Source: Albugo candida
Taxonomy: Eukaryota
Length of the DNA stretch: 64,000 nucleotides
Reading direction: 5' to 3'
NCBI GenBank assembly: GCA_040437565.1
Contig: JBDOQK010000013.1
Location: 124,001 to 188,000, forward strand
Position numbers and translations under genes: made by a program. Below the pieces are notes generated by a model. It ran no database searches. It was not told where the DNA came from and saw nothing but the letters and a program-made list of their open reading frames with translations. This document shows, one piece after another, positions 1-12,312 of this stretch (position 1 is the first letter of the stretch; every line of letters begins with the position of its first letter).

Positions 1-209
1 CTGAAGGCTCGTAAATCATTAACAAGCTATCCAGCGATCGGAAGACATCAAAGCACAATATGGAACGTGTTTGCATGGCATTCAGTCTCATGAGCTCAAC
101 AAAAAGAGTTGGACAAACGACCACATTGATTACTTCTCATTTACTGGATTTGTGTCGGTGAGCTACGAATACTGTCCCTGAACCCATGGATGCAAACGAT
201 GGAGTGCCT

Positions 210-3200
210 CTATCTCTCAGATACCCCATACACACTCTCAAAATACCGCAAAAGTTGCTCGCCTTGAAATGAAACCATTTGCACATCACCAAAGCTATTG
301 ACAAATATGTGAATATCTCGAAGACACCTGTGAGAAAGAATGAATCAAAATAGTCAGAAAAAGACGTTTGACATTCAAACCTTTTCTTCCCGAGTTCCGT
401 GCGCGGTTGGACGAGTCTGAAGCAGTCTGGAAGCTTTTGGGTAAACATATCAAAGACTCGCGTCATGAGGTCTTTCATTTGCGGCACCGGGAGGACGGGA
501 TTCAGCACTTGATACAACTTGAGCGTATTCTGTGTGATACCATGCATCGGAGCCGTTGGGATCTCCACATTTGGAGAATCGTAATCGATTTCAGCAGCCA
601 CATTTTCGAGGAATCGCTTCATGATCTGCTCTTCCACTATCGCCGTAAATTTACTGAATATCTTCTCATTGTGCTCTGCAAAATCGCGCAAAACGCGATC
701 AAATTCTCCCAATAATGCTTTCTGGCGATCTGAAAAATGAGCGGCGAGTGCGGCTTTGATATGAGGAAGAAGTGTCATGGCAAGCTCTAGTGACTGAGAA
801 GCGACACCAAGATGTCGGGCAGAGATACTTTTCAATCGAGCGATTTGCATGGCGCCTGCACCCAAAACCAATTGCGTAGTACGCGAATTGAACAGCTACA
901 AAGCAAGAAAAAAAAGTAAGTAGCCATCAGGCTATAAATCAATTCAGAGGCGTACGCGAAGGATCTCCACACAGCGTTGAGATACATCGGTTGCGAGCAC
1001 GGGGAACGTAGCAGCACATGACATATAATTCATAATGATCTCCAGCATCAGAAGAACCGACCAGACGACTTTGAAGGTTTTCCCACAAATTTGAATCGCT
1101 TTTAACGGCGCCAAACTCTNNNNNNNNNNNNNNNNNNNNNNNNNNNNNNNNNNNNNNNNNNNNNNNNNNNNNNNNNNNNNNNNNNNNNNNNNNNNNNNNN
1201 NNNNNNNNNNNNNNNNNNNTGAGGTCTTTCATTTGCGGCACCGGGAGGACGGGATTCAGCACTTGATACAACTTGAGCGTATTCTGTGTGATACCATGCA
1301 TCGGAGCCGTTGGGATCTCCACATTTGGAGAATCGTAATCGATTTCAGCAGCCACATTTTCGAGGAATCGCTTCATGATCTGCTCTTCCACTATCGCCGT
1401 AAATTTACTGAATATCTTCTCATTGTGCTCTGCAAAATCGCGCAAAACGCGATCAAATTCTCCCAATAATGCTTTCTGGCGATCTGAAAAATGAGCGGCG
1501 AGTGCGGCTTTGATATGAGGAAGAAGTGTCATGGCAAGCTCTAGTGACTGAGAAGCGACACCAAGATGTCGGGCAGAGATACTTTTCAATCGAGCGATTT
1601 GCATGGCGCCTGCACCCAAAACCAATTGCGTAGTACGCGAATTGAACAGCTACAAAGCAAGAAAAAAAAGTAAGTAGCCATCAGGCTATAAATCAATTCA
1701 GAGGCGTACGCGAAGGATCTCCACACAGCGTTGAGATACATCGGTTGCGAGCACGGGGAACGTAGCAGCACATGACATATAATTCATAATGATCTCCAGC
1801 ATCAGAAGAACCGACCAGACGACTTTGAAGGTTTTCCCACAAATTTGAATCGCTTTTAACGGCGCCAAACTCTCGCCATTGAACTCCCGATCTTCCCATA
1901 ATGTTGGTGGAGGTCCTCGACCACTGGAGAGATCCTCGAGGGCTTTATGACGATCGACCGATATCTCCGTGTTTTTCCACATTTCGTGATCGAGCGTTGA
2001 GATGAGTTTTGCGATTTGTAACGAGTGATATTTTTCCAAATACAATTTCAATTGAGAAAATAAAGCTCCACGAAGTGTGTAATCCGTTTTGGATGTCACT
2101 TTCNNNNNNNNNNNNNNNNNNNNNNNNNNNNNNNNNNNNNNNNNNNNNNNNNNNNNNNNNNNNNNNNNNNNNNNNNNNNNNNNNNNNNNNNNNNNNNNNN
2201 NNNGTGACAAATTGCATCGTTGTGTCGTAAAGGAGTCGAAGCTGAGGCATTGTGTGTATCGCTTGTACTTCTTTACGAACAGCAAACAAATTCGAGACAC
2301 TTCTTTGAGAGAATTCGCACGTTTTACGCATCACATCGTCGTATTCGCGTAACACTTTAGTTGCTTGACTTTTATCTTTCCAATCGGCTGCCTTGGTGGC
2401 CTGTGTGTGATCGAGTAATTCCGCGGGTTTCAGATATTCTGGCGACTTGGAATGCATACAATCGGTAAGAAGCTTTTGGATGACCACCGCTCGTTTCAAA
2501 ATGATCAATAAATGCTCAAATATCATTTGAATACATTGTAAAAACTCATCCGAACTCAATGCTCGAAGCTGAATCGATATTTTCGATTCCGCTGGCGAAT
2601 TCTCTGAGAGCTCTGTAGTGCCACTTTTTTTGCTTGAGGAATGGATTGTCTCTGTGACCACAGTTTTGACAATAAGTTTGATTTCGTCATTTACAAGACC
2701 GCGGTATTGCCCGATGACATCACAAAGCCCGTCAAGGCGGAATAATACGCCCATCGATTGCTTTGCTTCGCTTGTACGAGAGTCCTCCATTGACACTGTC
2801 GCACAATCGGAGCGTTTGGTACGCAGACTCACTTCATCGTTCAACATCCAGTCGGACGATGTGATTATGGAAAGGAATCGCTGTCCAATTTGCACTTTGA
2901 TAAAATTCCGATACCCTTCTAATTTTTTCTGCAATGCATTCAGTCCATAAATACCGGTCAGATGTTGTTCGAGAAGCTTTTCCGCTTGTTCGATCATATC
3001 CAAAGCGTTCGTATAATCCTGACTATGGACTAGTGCTTCTATAGCAGACTCGGAATGCTTGATGCTTTCGATATTCATCACCAAATCGTGGAGTTCTGCA
3101 ATTCGTTTTTGTCGTCGATGGAGGCTCACTATGTCTAACGTTTTATCAGCCAGACCCGTCCGCAGCCGATCCATTGTTTTTCTAATTTAAAAGAAATAAG

Positions 3201-4616
3201 TAAAAAAGTAACGCGATTCCGTTGGAAATTGGGATACCTGAGTGTCGCTACTTGACCACAAGCTGTCTTCACCGACGTGACAATTTTCTCTTGATTCGCT
3301 GATGCCTGGAAAAACCGATCTGCACGCGATGATACTTGTCGAAGTAGCGTGAATTCCACGCGATCCAAGTACCCCGACAGCTTGATAAATACAAAGTATC
3401 AATACTGAGCTATTTCTAAGAGATAATAGACGCACCTGTTCTTGAAGCGGTGCGTGAGAATCAGAGCTTAATGACATGACATCTTCAAAAATTGCCGGGT
3501 CTGTCAAGTCGAAATCGGATCGAAAGAATAAACTTGGCACAAATCGTAGACATTCAGCGACATCCTCTTGCATTTGACACGATCACTCCTTCGTAGGTAC
3601 CACTCAGACACAAAAGTCTTACCGTCGGCAGCCTCGATCGATGGGACTTGACTTGAGGACAATTGCTCCAACAGCGTTTTTTTGTGATTATCGGCATACA
3701 ATTGTGCATGTTTTCCATATCTTTTCAGATAGACATTGAAATCTCGCGAAAGAACTATTTCCAAGTCGGGTGGAGGTAGCATTTCGACTTCTGATGGAGA
3801 GAAGACATCGAGCCATGCTCCTGGACTCCATCCGATCGACTTTTAAGATCATAAATTCATTAGTTAGAGGTGTTGGCTGAGTACAGCGCTTACTTTGGGC
3901 TGAATCAGCACGGAATGNNNNNNNNNNNNNNNNNNNNNNNNNNNNNNNNNNNNNNNNNNNNNNNNNNNNNNNNNNNNNNNNNNNNNNNNNNNNNNNNNNN
4001 NNNNNNNNNNNNNNNNNAGATAGACATTGAAATCTCGCGAAAGAACTATTTCCAAGTCGGGTGGAGGTAGCATTTCGACTTCTGATGGAGAGAAGACATC
4101 GAGCCATGCTCCTGGACTCCATCCGATCGACTTTTAAGATCATAAATTCATTAGTTAGAGGTGTTGGCTGAGTACAGCGCTTACTTTGGGCTGAATCAGC
4201 ACGGAATGGAGATTATGATGGCTGTTTATGAATGTAGCGAGCTCCTGTTCGTGATTGTCGATCTCGAGGCCTGAAATCGGAGCATTCTTTACCGATACCA
4301 AAGGCGTGTTGTGAGAAGGTATGCCCAATTTGGGCGTTTTTACGCTTTCCTGTACGCTATTGGGAATGTCAAAGAGACTCGGGTAGTGGGATGGACTACT
4401 AAGGACAGATTGTATCGGTTTTGATCGCGAGGTCGATGAGAATGCATTGGGTTTCGACGACACGGAAGACGAATGTAAAGAGTTTTTGAGTGTGTTAAGT
4501 GTATTGAACGGAACAGAAATACCTTCCCAACCCTTTTTGATCAATCGTTTTGGTGACAAGAGGCCTTTTACGCTTGAAAACTCGCGAGGTGTTCCATGTG
4601 TATTGTTGCGCTCCAT
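210..4616 (-). CDS. VPS54: GARP complex subunit Vps54 (multi-exon; interrupted by 3 gaps with artefactual duplications)
   Basis: C-terminal motif VLGAGAMQIARLKSISARHLGVASQSL and N-terminal FFRSDFDLTDPAIF / LDRVEFTLLRQVSSR are typical of Vps54. ATG at 4616 (MERNNT). The last exon, after a GT-AG intron, ends at TAG 210-212. Confidence 0.88.
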
Positions 4617-4715
4617 GATGGCGATACCGAGAAAGGTTGCTCGAATGTACCGTTTCGATGTAACGAATCCCGATGGTGATTCCTCTGAATTTGCGTGTCC
4701 CACGCTACTGCTATC

Positions 4716-5892
4716 TCATGGTCCAAACGCAATGGGATACAGAGACACTTGAAGATGCTCTTTTGTCGAGTATTTATGGTGAACAGATGAGGCGGCACCA
4801 CCATGAAGATCTCGATGTTGCGCTTTTTTTATCACCGCTTTCATTTCCGTCACACATCGCTGTAAAGCCCATTCCATGTACGATGTATGAACCTCTAATG
4901 ATTTCGACCAAAGCGGAAATTCTTGGATTTGTAATCTTGCGAGATAGATCGCTGATGCGGCAATCATTGATGGGAGATACGCATTCATACGATATTCCAA
5001 AATGCAGTGGTCCACATAAAACATAGAAAATGGTCTCATGAGCGCATTCCAACTCTGTGCCGCCTGAATAAACCGATCAAGAAAATGGATAGCGGTCGGG
5101 AAGCTGATGCAATAGTTGATTGCAATCAAAATAGACTGCTCCATAGCCACGATATCGCGATATGTATATGCGTCCTGCGTGAGATACACAAGATCGTCCA
5201 CCAATGGTGGCGAGATTTCTTCGTATTTGGAAGCAATGTAGAATGCTGCAACGCCCACAAGTTGTAGTCGATGACGTGAAACGCCAAATTCGTACCCCAG
5301 ATAGTAATCGATCAAATATATAGCGATATGAAGTGTTTCGGGTGCATAGTTGAAATGCTGATGGACCCCAACGAGCCAATTTGTCAGCACGGAGCGCATG
5401 TTTGGAGTGATCTCCGATTGCATTCGCATGTAGTCGGTATTTCGTAGACTGAATTTCATTTCGGAAGAACGGAAATATCTGATGATATCATCTGCGTCGA
5501 TATTGTACGAGTTAGAAAGAGTTGAAATGGCGTCATCAGCATCAGTATGGAAGTCCGTGGCTTTAGGCGAGGCCAATAAAGGCGATAGCAATAGATCATC
5601 ATCAATCCCAAGCGCCGAGAGTGTACATTCCATCAAGGATACATTCAATCTTTGAAGATTTCGAGTAGATTGGAAGCTTGCATCACGACTCGTGTCGGAG
5701 ACTTTTCTCTTTTTCACAGTCTTCTCCCATTTGGTCAAATTTCTGTCTTCATTCGCTTCGTTTGTGATGTCACCCAAAGCACCTCGTTTTCTTGTCACTT
5801 GCGTCTCCAAAGGTTTACCCAAAGCTTTCCCAACGCAATGTTTTCGATCCGACTATACAAAAACAAGTATTAGCACGTTTTGCATCATGCAT
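4716..5892 (-). CDS. Mitotic (B-type) cyclin
   Basis: D-box RGALGDITN, cyclin box MRSVLTNWLVGVH and LQLVGVAAFYIASKYEEI. The ATG at 5892 is inferred via a short intron, so the start is uncertain. Confidence 0.9.
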
Positions 5893-6146
5893 TTCTGCTA
5901 AAACGCACTTTGTTGCATTGCCAAGTTGGGTGCTCCTTTTCATTCTCCACGTCAGAATACATACTACTTTTAAGTATGAGGTTTCTTTATCAAAAATGTA
6001 ATGCGCGTTTTAAGAGTAAAAGGGCAGCATTCTGACATTCGTAAACAGTACATAATAACAACGTCATAACGTCCTTCTTCTCAGTATAAGAAAATACTTT
6101 TTCAAACACCATAAAAGTGCAAAAAGGTCTTTTTCGGTGACACAAA

Positions 6147-8098
6147 ATGTCGAGCGAATTGCTTGCACTTTTCATCACAACTGATATACCGTATCTGAAA
6201 CGGTATTATACCGGTACATCGCGACAGAATTTCAACGTGAAGAAATCTTTAAAAGCTCCAATGCCATTGACAATGATGAAGAAGGTCGACACATTGGGAA
6301 AGCGGAAAAAAAGCATTGATGGTATAGCTGTAAAGATACGTTTACATTCCGCGCTAAAATTGTGAATTTCTTTGTCTTAGCTGAAGATGTTAAGACAATT
6401 GACCAAACGGATGAATTCAATCCAAATCATTATTACGTCTCATTGACATCGCACGCGGAGCAATTTGGAGTAAATCCCGTGCGGATAAGAGTACGTACAC
6501 AATGGATGTTATTGGGAACGTATTTACACGGATTCTCTTGCAGTGGGGACACAAAGAAGCAGATGTTCGAGGGCCTGTCATCGGTACAAACCGCCATAAT
6601 CGATACCGGAACGCTATTGGAGCGCATGGAGGGTCCTATTGTGTATACAGAGGCTTGGCGGTACGTTCTGTACTTGACGAAATCGCTGTATTCCACATAT
6701 GTCTGCGTTAGATCGCGGCTGGGGCGCTGGATAAGGTCATTTGTGGTGCACAAGTCTCTACAAGCGAAATGATGATGATCGAATTGGTAGGTCCTTCTTC
6801 CTCAATTGAGCAAAACGACACCGGCTGCCAAGATTGGACCACATTCATCATGGGGCGATTCTGAAAAGGCAAGTTCTGAAAGAGATTATGGTGCCTGCAA
6901 ATGAGCGATAATTTGCGTATAAAGATTGTGACATTGGATCCGTTTGGTCACTGCGTATTGGAAGCGTTCCCAGAACACTTCCAAAAGGGTTACGATATTC
7001 GACCGACCATCGCCGGTGAGAATTCTTTCCATTTAAATAGCATATCGACATCGTTTGTAGTCACAAAGGCTCACATGGATCTACCGGAAATACGTGAAGC
7101 TGTTCGCTTGGGTCACCTAAAGCCAGATGGAAAGGTATTGAAAGACGGGCATCAATTGGTGATTACCAAGGCAGCGATCGATCCAGTTTGGTACCTTCCT
7201 GGAGTTGCGAGACGATTCGATACAACAGAGGCAAATTTGCGTCAGCAAATCTTTCTAGAGACCAACGGCATGTATCCAGAACTGATCACCAGAACGGATT
7301 TAAAAGTGTTTCTTCCACCCATTGGAGGGTGCGTACCCATACAGACATCTGTGTTGTCGCACAATCTGACTCGTCTCAAATAGACTCACCATTTATATTT
7401 TCGGCTCCGTTGAAGCAATTACTGATCCAAACAAAAAATTGGCTGTGCGCGTACACGACGAGTGTAATGGCTCGGATGTTTTCGGTTCAGATATTTGCAC
7501 ATGTCGACCGTATCTGACTCACGCAATCGAAGTTTGTGTGAAAACGGCTCAAGAAGGAGGGTACAGTGATAACAAATTGTTATGAGTTAGTAACATCGCT
7601 TCTCGTCACAGAGCTGGAGTTATTGTGTACTTTCGGAAGGAAGGTCGGGCTTTGGGTGAGGTCACAAAGTATCTCGTTTACAACGTTCGAAAACGTCAAG
7701 AAGGCGGCGACAGTCCTAAAGAATACTTTAATTGCACCCAGGCGGTTGCTGGGATTCAGGATGTACGATTCCAAGCATTAATGCCGGATGCTTTACATTG
7801 GCTCGGAATCACCAAAATCGACCGATTCGTTTCTATGAGCGATATGAAATACGATGCGATCGTGAATTCCGTACGTCCTATTCATTTGCGTGAAACATCT
7901 GATTCTGATTCTGAGGATGAGTAGGGAATTGAGATTGTGGAACGCATTCTGATACCAGAGGATCTTGTGCCCCGCGACGCTCGGGTCGAGATCACAGCCA
8001 AAGTATATGCAGGATATAATGGTGGGACCCTGTACAAAGTGGATGAAGCTACTTTGGAGGCGGTCAAAGGACGTGACGACCAGGAATATCAGGGCTGA
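6147..8098 (+). CDS. URG1/URC1-like GTP cyclohydrolase II family protein with N-terminal extension domain
   Basis: Exons give RNAIGAHGGSYCVYRGLA, IDPVWYLPGVARRF, KVFLPPIGG, VRVHDECNGSDVFGSDICTCRPYL, YFRKEGRALGEVTKYLVYN and DVRFQALMPD. Stop TGA at 8096-8098. Start is uncertain. Confidence 0.88.
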
Positions 8099-8180
8099 CA
8101 AATTGTGTCTATAATTGTAATTCCGAGTCTATTGTTGTAGTACTGTGAACTATTTCTTACAAGCGTCTTCTTTTGCGAGT

Positions 8181-9735
8181 ATGATTCAATCCATGTTTAT
8201 TATCACCTCCACGGGGTACTTGTGCTGCTTATCGAACGTCTATCTATAAGGCACTCATTCTTCAATGAGCTAATTTTGAATTGTTGCCGTGTATCGATTT
8301 GTATCGTTTTTTTACCCTTATTACAGTGAAGTGCTCATTGAAAAGCATTGGCGTGGAATCACAAATCGTAGCGTTTGCGAATCATTTCTTGAAAAAGTGA
8401 GCAAATATCGTGACCGTATCGATGTTCCACCCATTATCACGTCATCCCATCACTACCTCATAAGTGTCTTTCGCGATGAATTGTTCTTCCTTGCGGTCGT
8501 CACGAACGAGGTACCCGAATCGAAAGTCTGATACCAATATTCGATATCTGATTCTAACTTTATCAGATTCCGCCGCTACTTGTGATTGAATTTTTGCATC
8601 GCGTTCTGGCCGTATTTCACGACTACTTTGGCGAGTTTGACGAGCATTCCATCAAAGATAACTTTTCAACGGTGTATCAGGTATTTGCACTCGTTCTCAG
8701 TTTCATCCAATCTGATTCTGGTGTTGAGATAGCTGCTGGAAGAAATGTTGGACAATGGCTATCCTTTGACAATGGAACCGAACGCGCTGAAGGCTATGGT
8801 TGCACCTCCTTCGACTGCCAACCGCATTGCGGCCATGATGTCGGTGCGTGATCTCTGACGTATTTTTCACTTTTTCTGATGGAGCTATGCAGGGACGATC
8901 AAGTGTCAGTAATACACTACCTGAGGGTACCGAATCAAGCATTCCGTGGAGGAAAAGCGGAGTGAGATATACACAGAATGAGATCTACTTTGATATTGTG
9001 GAAGAAATTGATGCCATTACGGACATTGACGGGCAATTCATTTCATGCGAAGTGAATGGAGTGATTCATAGCAATAGTCGACTGTCAGGCGTTCCTGATC
9101 TGACAATGATCTTTACGGATCCTTCGGTTATTGACGATTGCTCCTTTCATCCTTGTGTTCGGTATTCGCGATATGAACGGGAGCGTGTCGTCTCCTTCGT
9201 GCCTCCAGATGGACAATTTGAGCTCATGCAATATCGTGTGCACCCACAACAATGGATTCCACCACTCCATTGTCAACCTCAAGTTTCGTATACGGACAAA
9301 GGAGCAAACAGCACCGGTGTTATCAACATCCAAGTGCTATCTCGTGGGTTCCCGACGCTCAAGTCGAACTCCAAGCGGTCGATGCGGGTCGAAGATGTCA
9401 AAGTGGAAGTCACATTTCCAAAGAGCGTGCGTACTGTCGATGTGAATGCCGATGCTGGAGAATGTATTTTCGACGAGTCTACTAAAAGCATCAAATGGAG
9501 CATTGATCGACTTGACAAGAAAGTAGTAGCACCAACACTCCGTGGAAGTATCATTCTGTATCCTAACACTCCGATTCCGAATGAGAAGCCTATCGTTTTA
9601 CTGCACTTCAAAGCTCCAATGGCGACGGTGTCGGGATTGAATGTGGAAAACTTGTTGCTTTCCAATGAAAAATACAAACCGTATCGTGGTGTTCGAACGC
9701 TTACCAAAGCTGGTCGGTTTCAAATTCGCATGTGA
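8181..9735 (+). CDS. AP3M1: AP-3 adaptor complex mu subunit
   Basis: MIQSMFII..EVLIEKHWR, IEFLHRV, LLEEMLDNGYPL, IPWRKSGVRYTQNEIYFD, FHPCVRY, SFVPPDGQFELM and KPYRGVRTLTKAGRFQIR. Confidence 0.93.
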
Positions 9736-10188
9736 TCGTTTTCAGACAGTTTTGCTGCACGAATATGAATCAGAAATACATTGCGATTCGAGTGGCTATT
9801 CAGAATTGATAAATTTGTATGAAGAGAAAGTAAACAAAGAAACTTTAAGGCGTTTGCAGTTATCGATAAAGCTTTTAGGCGATCGAATCGTTAGGGAGAA
9901 TGATGGTCAAAATGTTGGTCTCTTCATATATCGGAACCATTTGAATCGTATAAAAGGATGTACCTGACAGAGAGGTCCCATTATGCGATAGGACGTATAC
10001 GTGCTCTGTACATATACCACCCTCCTGCCTAGCAGCGTCATTAAGCGTCTCCTTTCGAGAGAATAAGAGGTCACAAGTCGACTTGATGAGATATTCAGAT
10101 CGGACAGGGGTGACATTCTTTTTCAGCCAATCATATGTGTTTGGTGCTCCATTTAAACGAATCCGATGGCAACATTACATAGACATTC

Positions 10189-12176
10189 ATGGCGACCAAT
10201 GCAACACATAATGAGTATGAGCATCCGCTCGTGTGTCGTTATGCGACGAAAGAAATGAGTAAGATATGGTCACCGAACACAAAGTTTAGTACTTGGAGAA
10301 GGCTTTGGCTTGCGCTCGCAACCGCTGAGAAAGAGCTCGGATTGGATATAAATGATGCGCAATTGCAAGAAATGCGTGAGCACTTACACGATATTGATTA
10401 CGAGTATGCGGCCGAGATGGAAAAAAAGTTCCGACATGACGTTATGGCGCATGTGCACGCTTTTGGAAAAGCTGCGCCACTCGCAATGCCGATCATTCAT
10501 CTCGGTGCAACAAGCTGCTTTGTGGGAGATAATGCGGACATTGTGCAGGTCTGAACAACTCTGATTTGACTTGCTCTAGTATGAAGCGAAAGAACCATTT
10601 AGATGAAAGAAGCGCTGAAACTCATACAGCGAAAGCTGCTTCAGGCGATCAAGAGTCTTTCGGCCTTTGCTTTGGAGGCACGTTATCGTCATTTTGTCGT
10701 AGTTGAGATGCGATCTTTACTGGTAGTGGGTTGATAGTATAAAGACATGCCGACGATGGGATTCACACATTTCCAACCAGCTCAATTGGTGACCGTCGGC
10801 AAACGCGCAGCCTTGTGGCTTCAAGACTTCTGGCTTGATTTCCAACGTCTAGAGCACGAGATGGAAAATCTACCGCTGCGTGGGATCAAAGGAACCACAG
10901 GAACTCAAGCCAGTTTCCTCGATCTCTTTGGCGGCAATCACGAAAAAGTATATATTGTCTTCAAAATTGGTACAGGCCGCATATTGAATAGCAGTGATGT
11001 TAGGTGAATGAACTGAACAAACTTGTGGCCACACAAATGGGATTTAGTAAAGTGATTCCGCTGTCGGGTCAAACGTATTCGCGAAAATTGGATTACTTTG
11101 TATTAACACTGCTTTCTGGCATTGCTCAATCAGCGTACAAGTTGGCGGGTATGATTTTCTGACTTTTTCCAATCTATTCACTCAACGCTTTGTAGGTGAT
11201 CTTCGGCTCCTTGCCAATATGAAAGAAATCGAAGAGCCTTTTGAGAAGAATCAGGTGGACTTGTACCCATTGAAATCACTTGGAACGTATGTAATTGTGT
11301 GGTGTGCAGATTGGCTCTTCGGCGATGGCTTACAAACGCAATCCGATGCGATCGGAACGCATCTGCAGTCTGGCTCGTTATGTTATCTCGTTAACTGATA
11401 ACGCAGCTCATACGCACGCGGCGCAGTGGCTCGAGCGGACTTTGGATGACTCGGCAAATCGGTGCGTCCTAATGTAGTCGTCCAGTTTCATGTTTGTGAC
11501 ACTATTTATAGACGAATGGTCTTACCGGAAGCATTTTTGGCGGTTGATGTGATTTTGAGTCTGATTGTCAATGTATCGAATGGACTTCAAGTGTGGCCGA
11601 ATGTAATCAGAACACACATACGTGCGGAATTACCGTTTATGGCCACAGAAAACATTTTAATGGCTTGTGTTCAAGCGGGTGGAGATCGTCAGGTGCGTCT
11701 AAGTGTTGTCATCGTGATAGGTCTGATGATATGATTTACATAGGAGCTTCATGAGGCTATTCGAGAGCATTCTATGGCCGCTGGCTGCCGGGTAAAAGGC
11801 GAGGGTGCCAGCAATGACTTGTTGGAAAGGATTGCTAAAGACACACGTTTTTTGGCCGTGCACGATCGACTGGAAAGTCTTGTAGATCCAACACTGTTCA
11901 TCGGTCGATGTCCCCAACAAGTGCGAAAAATCAGATTTCATCCATCCTCATATATGCTAATCCTTATGATTTGATACAGGTCGAAGAATTCATACAAGAA
12001 CATATCACGCCATTACTGAAGCAATATTCGACATTACTGACTGTCGAAAACGTCGATTCAGTCAATGTATNNNNNNNNNNNNNNNNNNNNNNNNNNNNNN
12101 NNNNNNNNNNNNNNNNNNNNNNNNNNNNNNNNNNNNNNNNNNNNNNNNNNNNNNNNNNNNNNNNNNNNNNGTATAA
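10189..12176 (+). CDS. ADSL: Adenylosuccinate lyase
   Basis: [45 protein letters not shown] and the fumarate-lyase signature [15 protein letters not shown]. The stop (GTA TAA) appears just after the gap because 'gtat' overlaps across it. Confidence 0.96.
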
Positions 12177-12312
12177 ACTCGCAAGTATACACAGACTATA
12201 CTCAGAATTACATTTCTAGCCTCTTCCTTCAAGCGTCATCTCAGACTCGTCTCATTGAATCGCTGCTAGCTCCTTCAATCCACATCCAATTAAATCGCAA
12301 TTAGGCGACACA

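Noticed and set aside
466..1873. Apparent tandem duplication of VPS54 3' exons
   Set aside because: Apparently identical copies flank a 100-N gap, so this is an unmerged contig overlap. The same applies at 3729-4207, 40729-41227, 44042-44838, 58500-59591 and 63544-63716.
9950..10060. U6atac (GAAAGGAGA), U1 (TACCTG) or U11 (AAAAGG) identity for the structured spacer
   Set aside because: Only short words match; the flanking conserved sequence and Sm site are missing.
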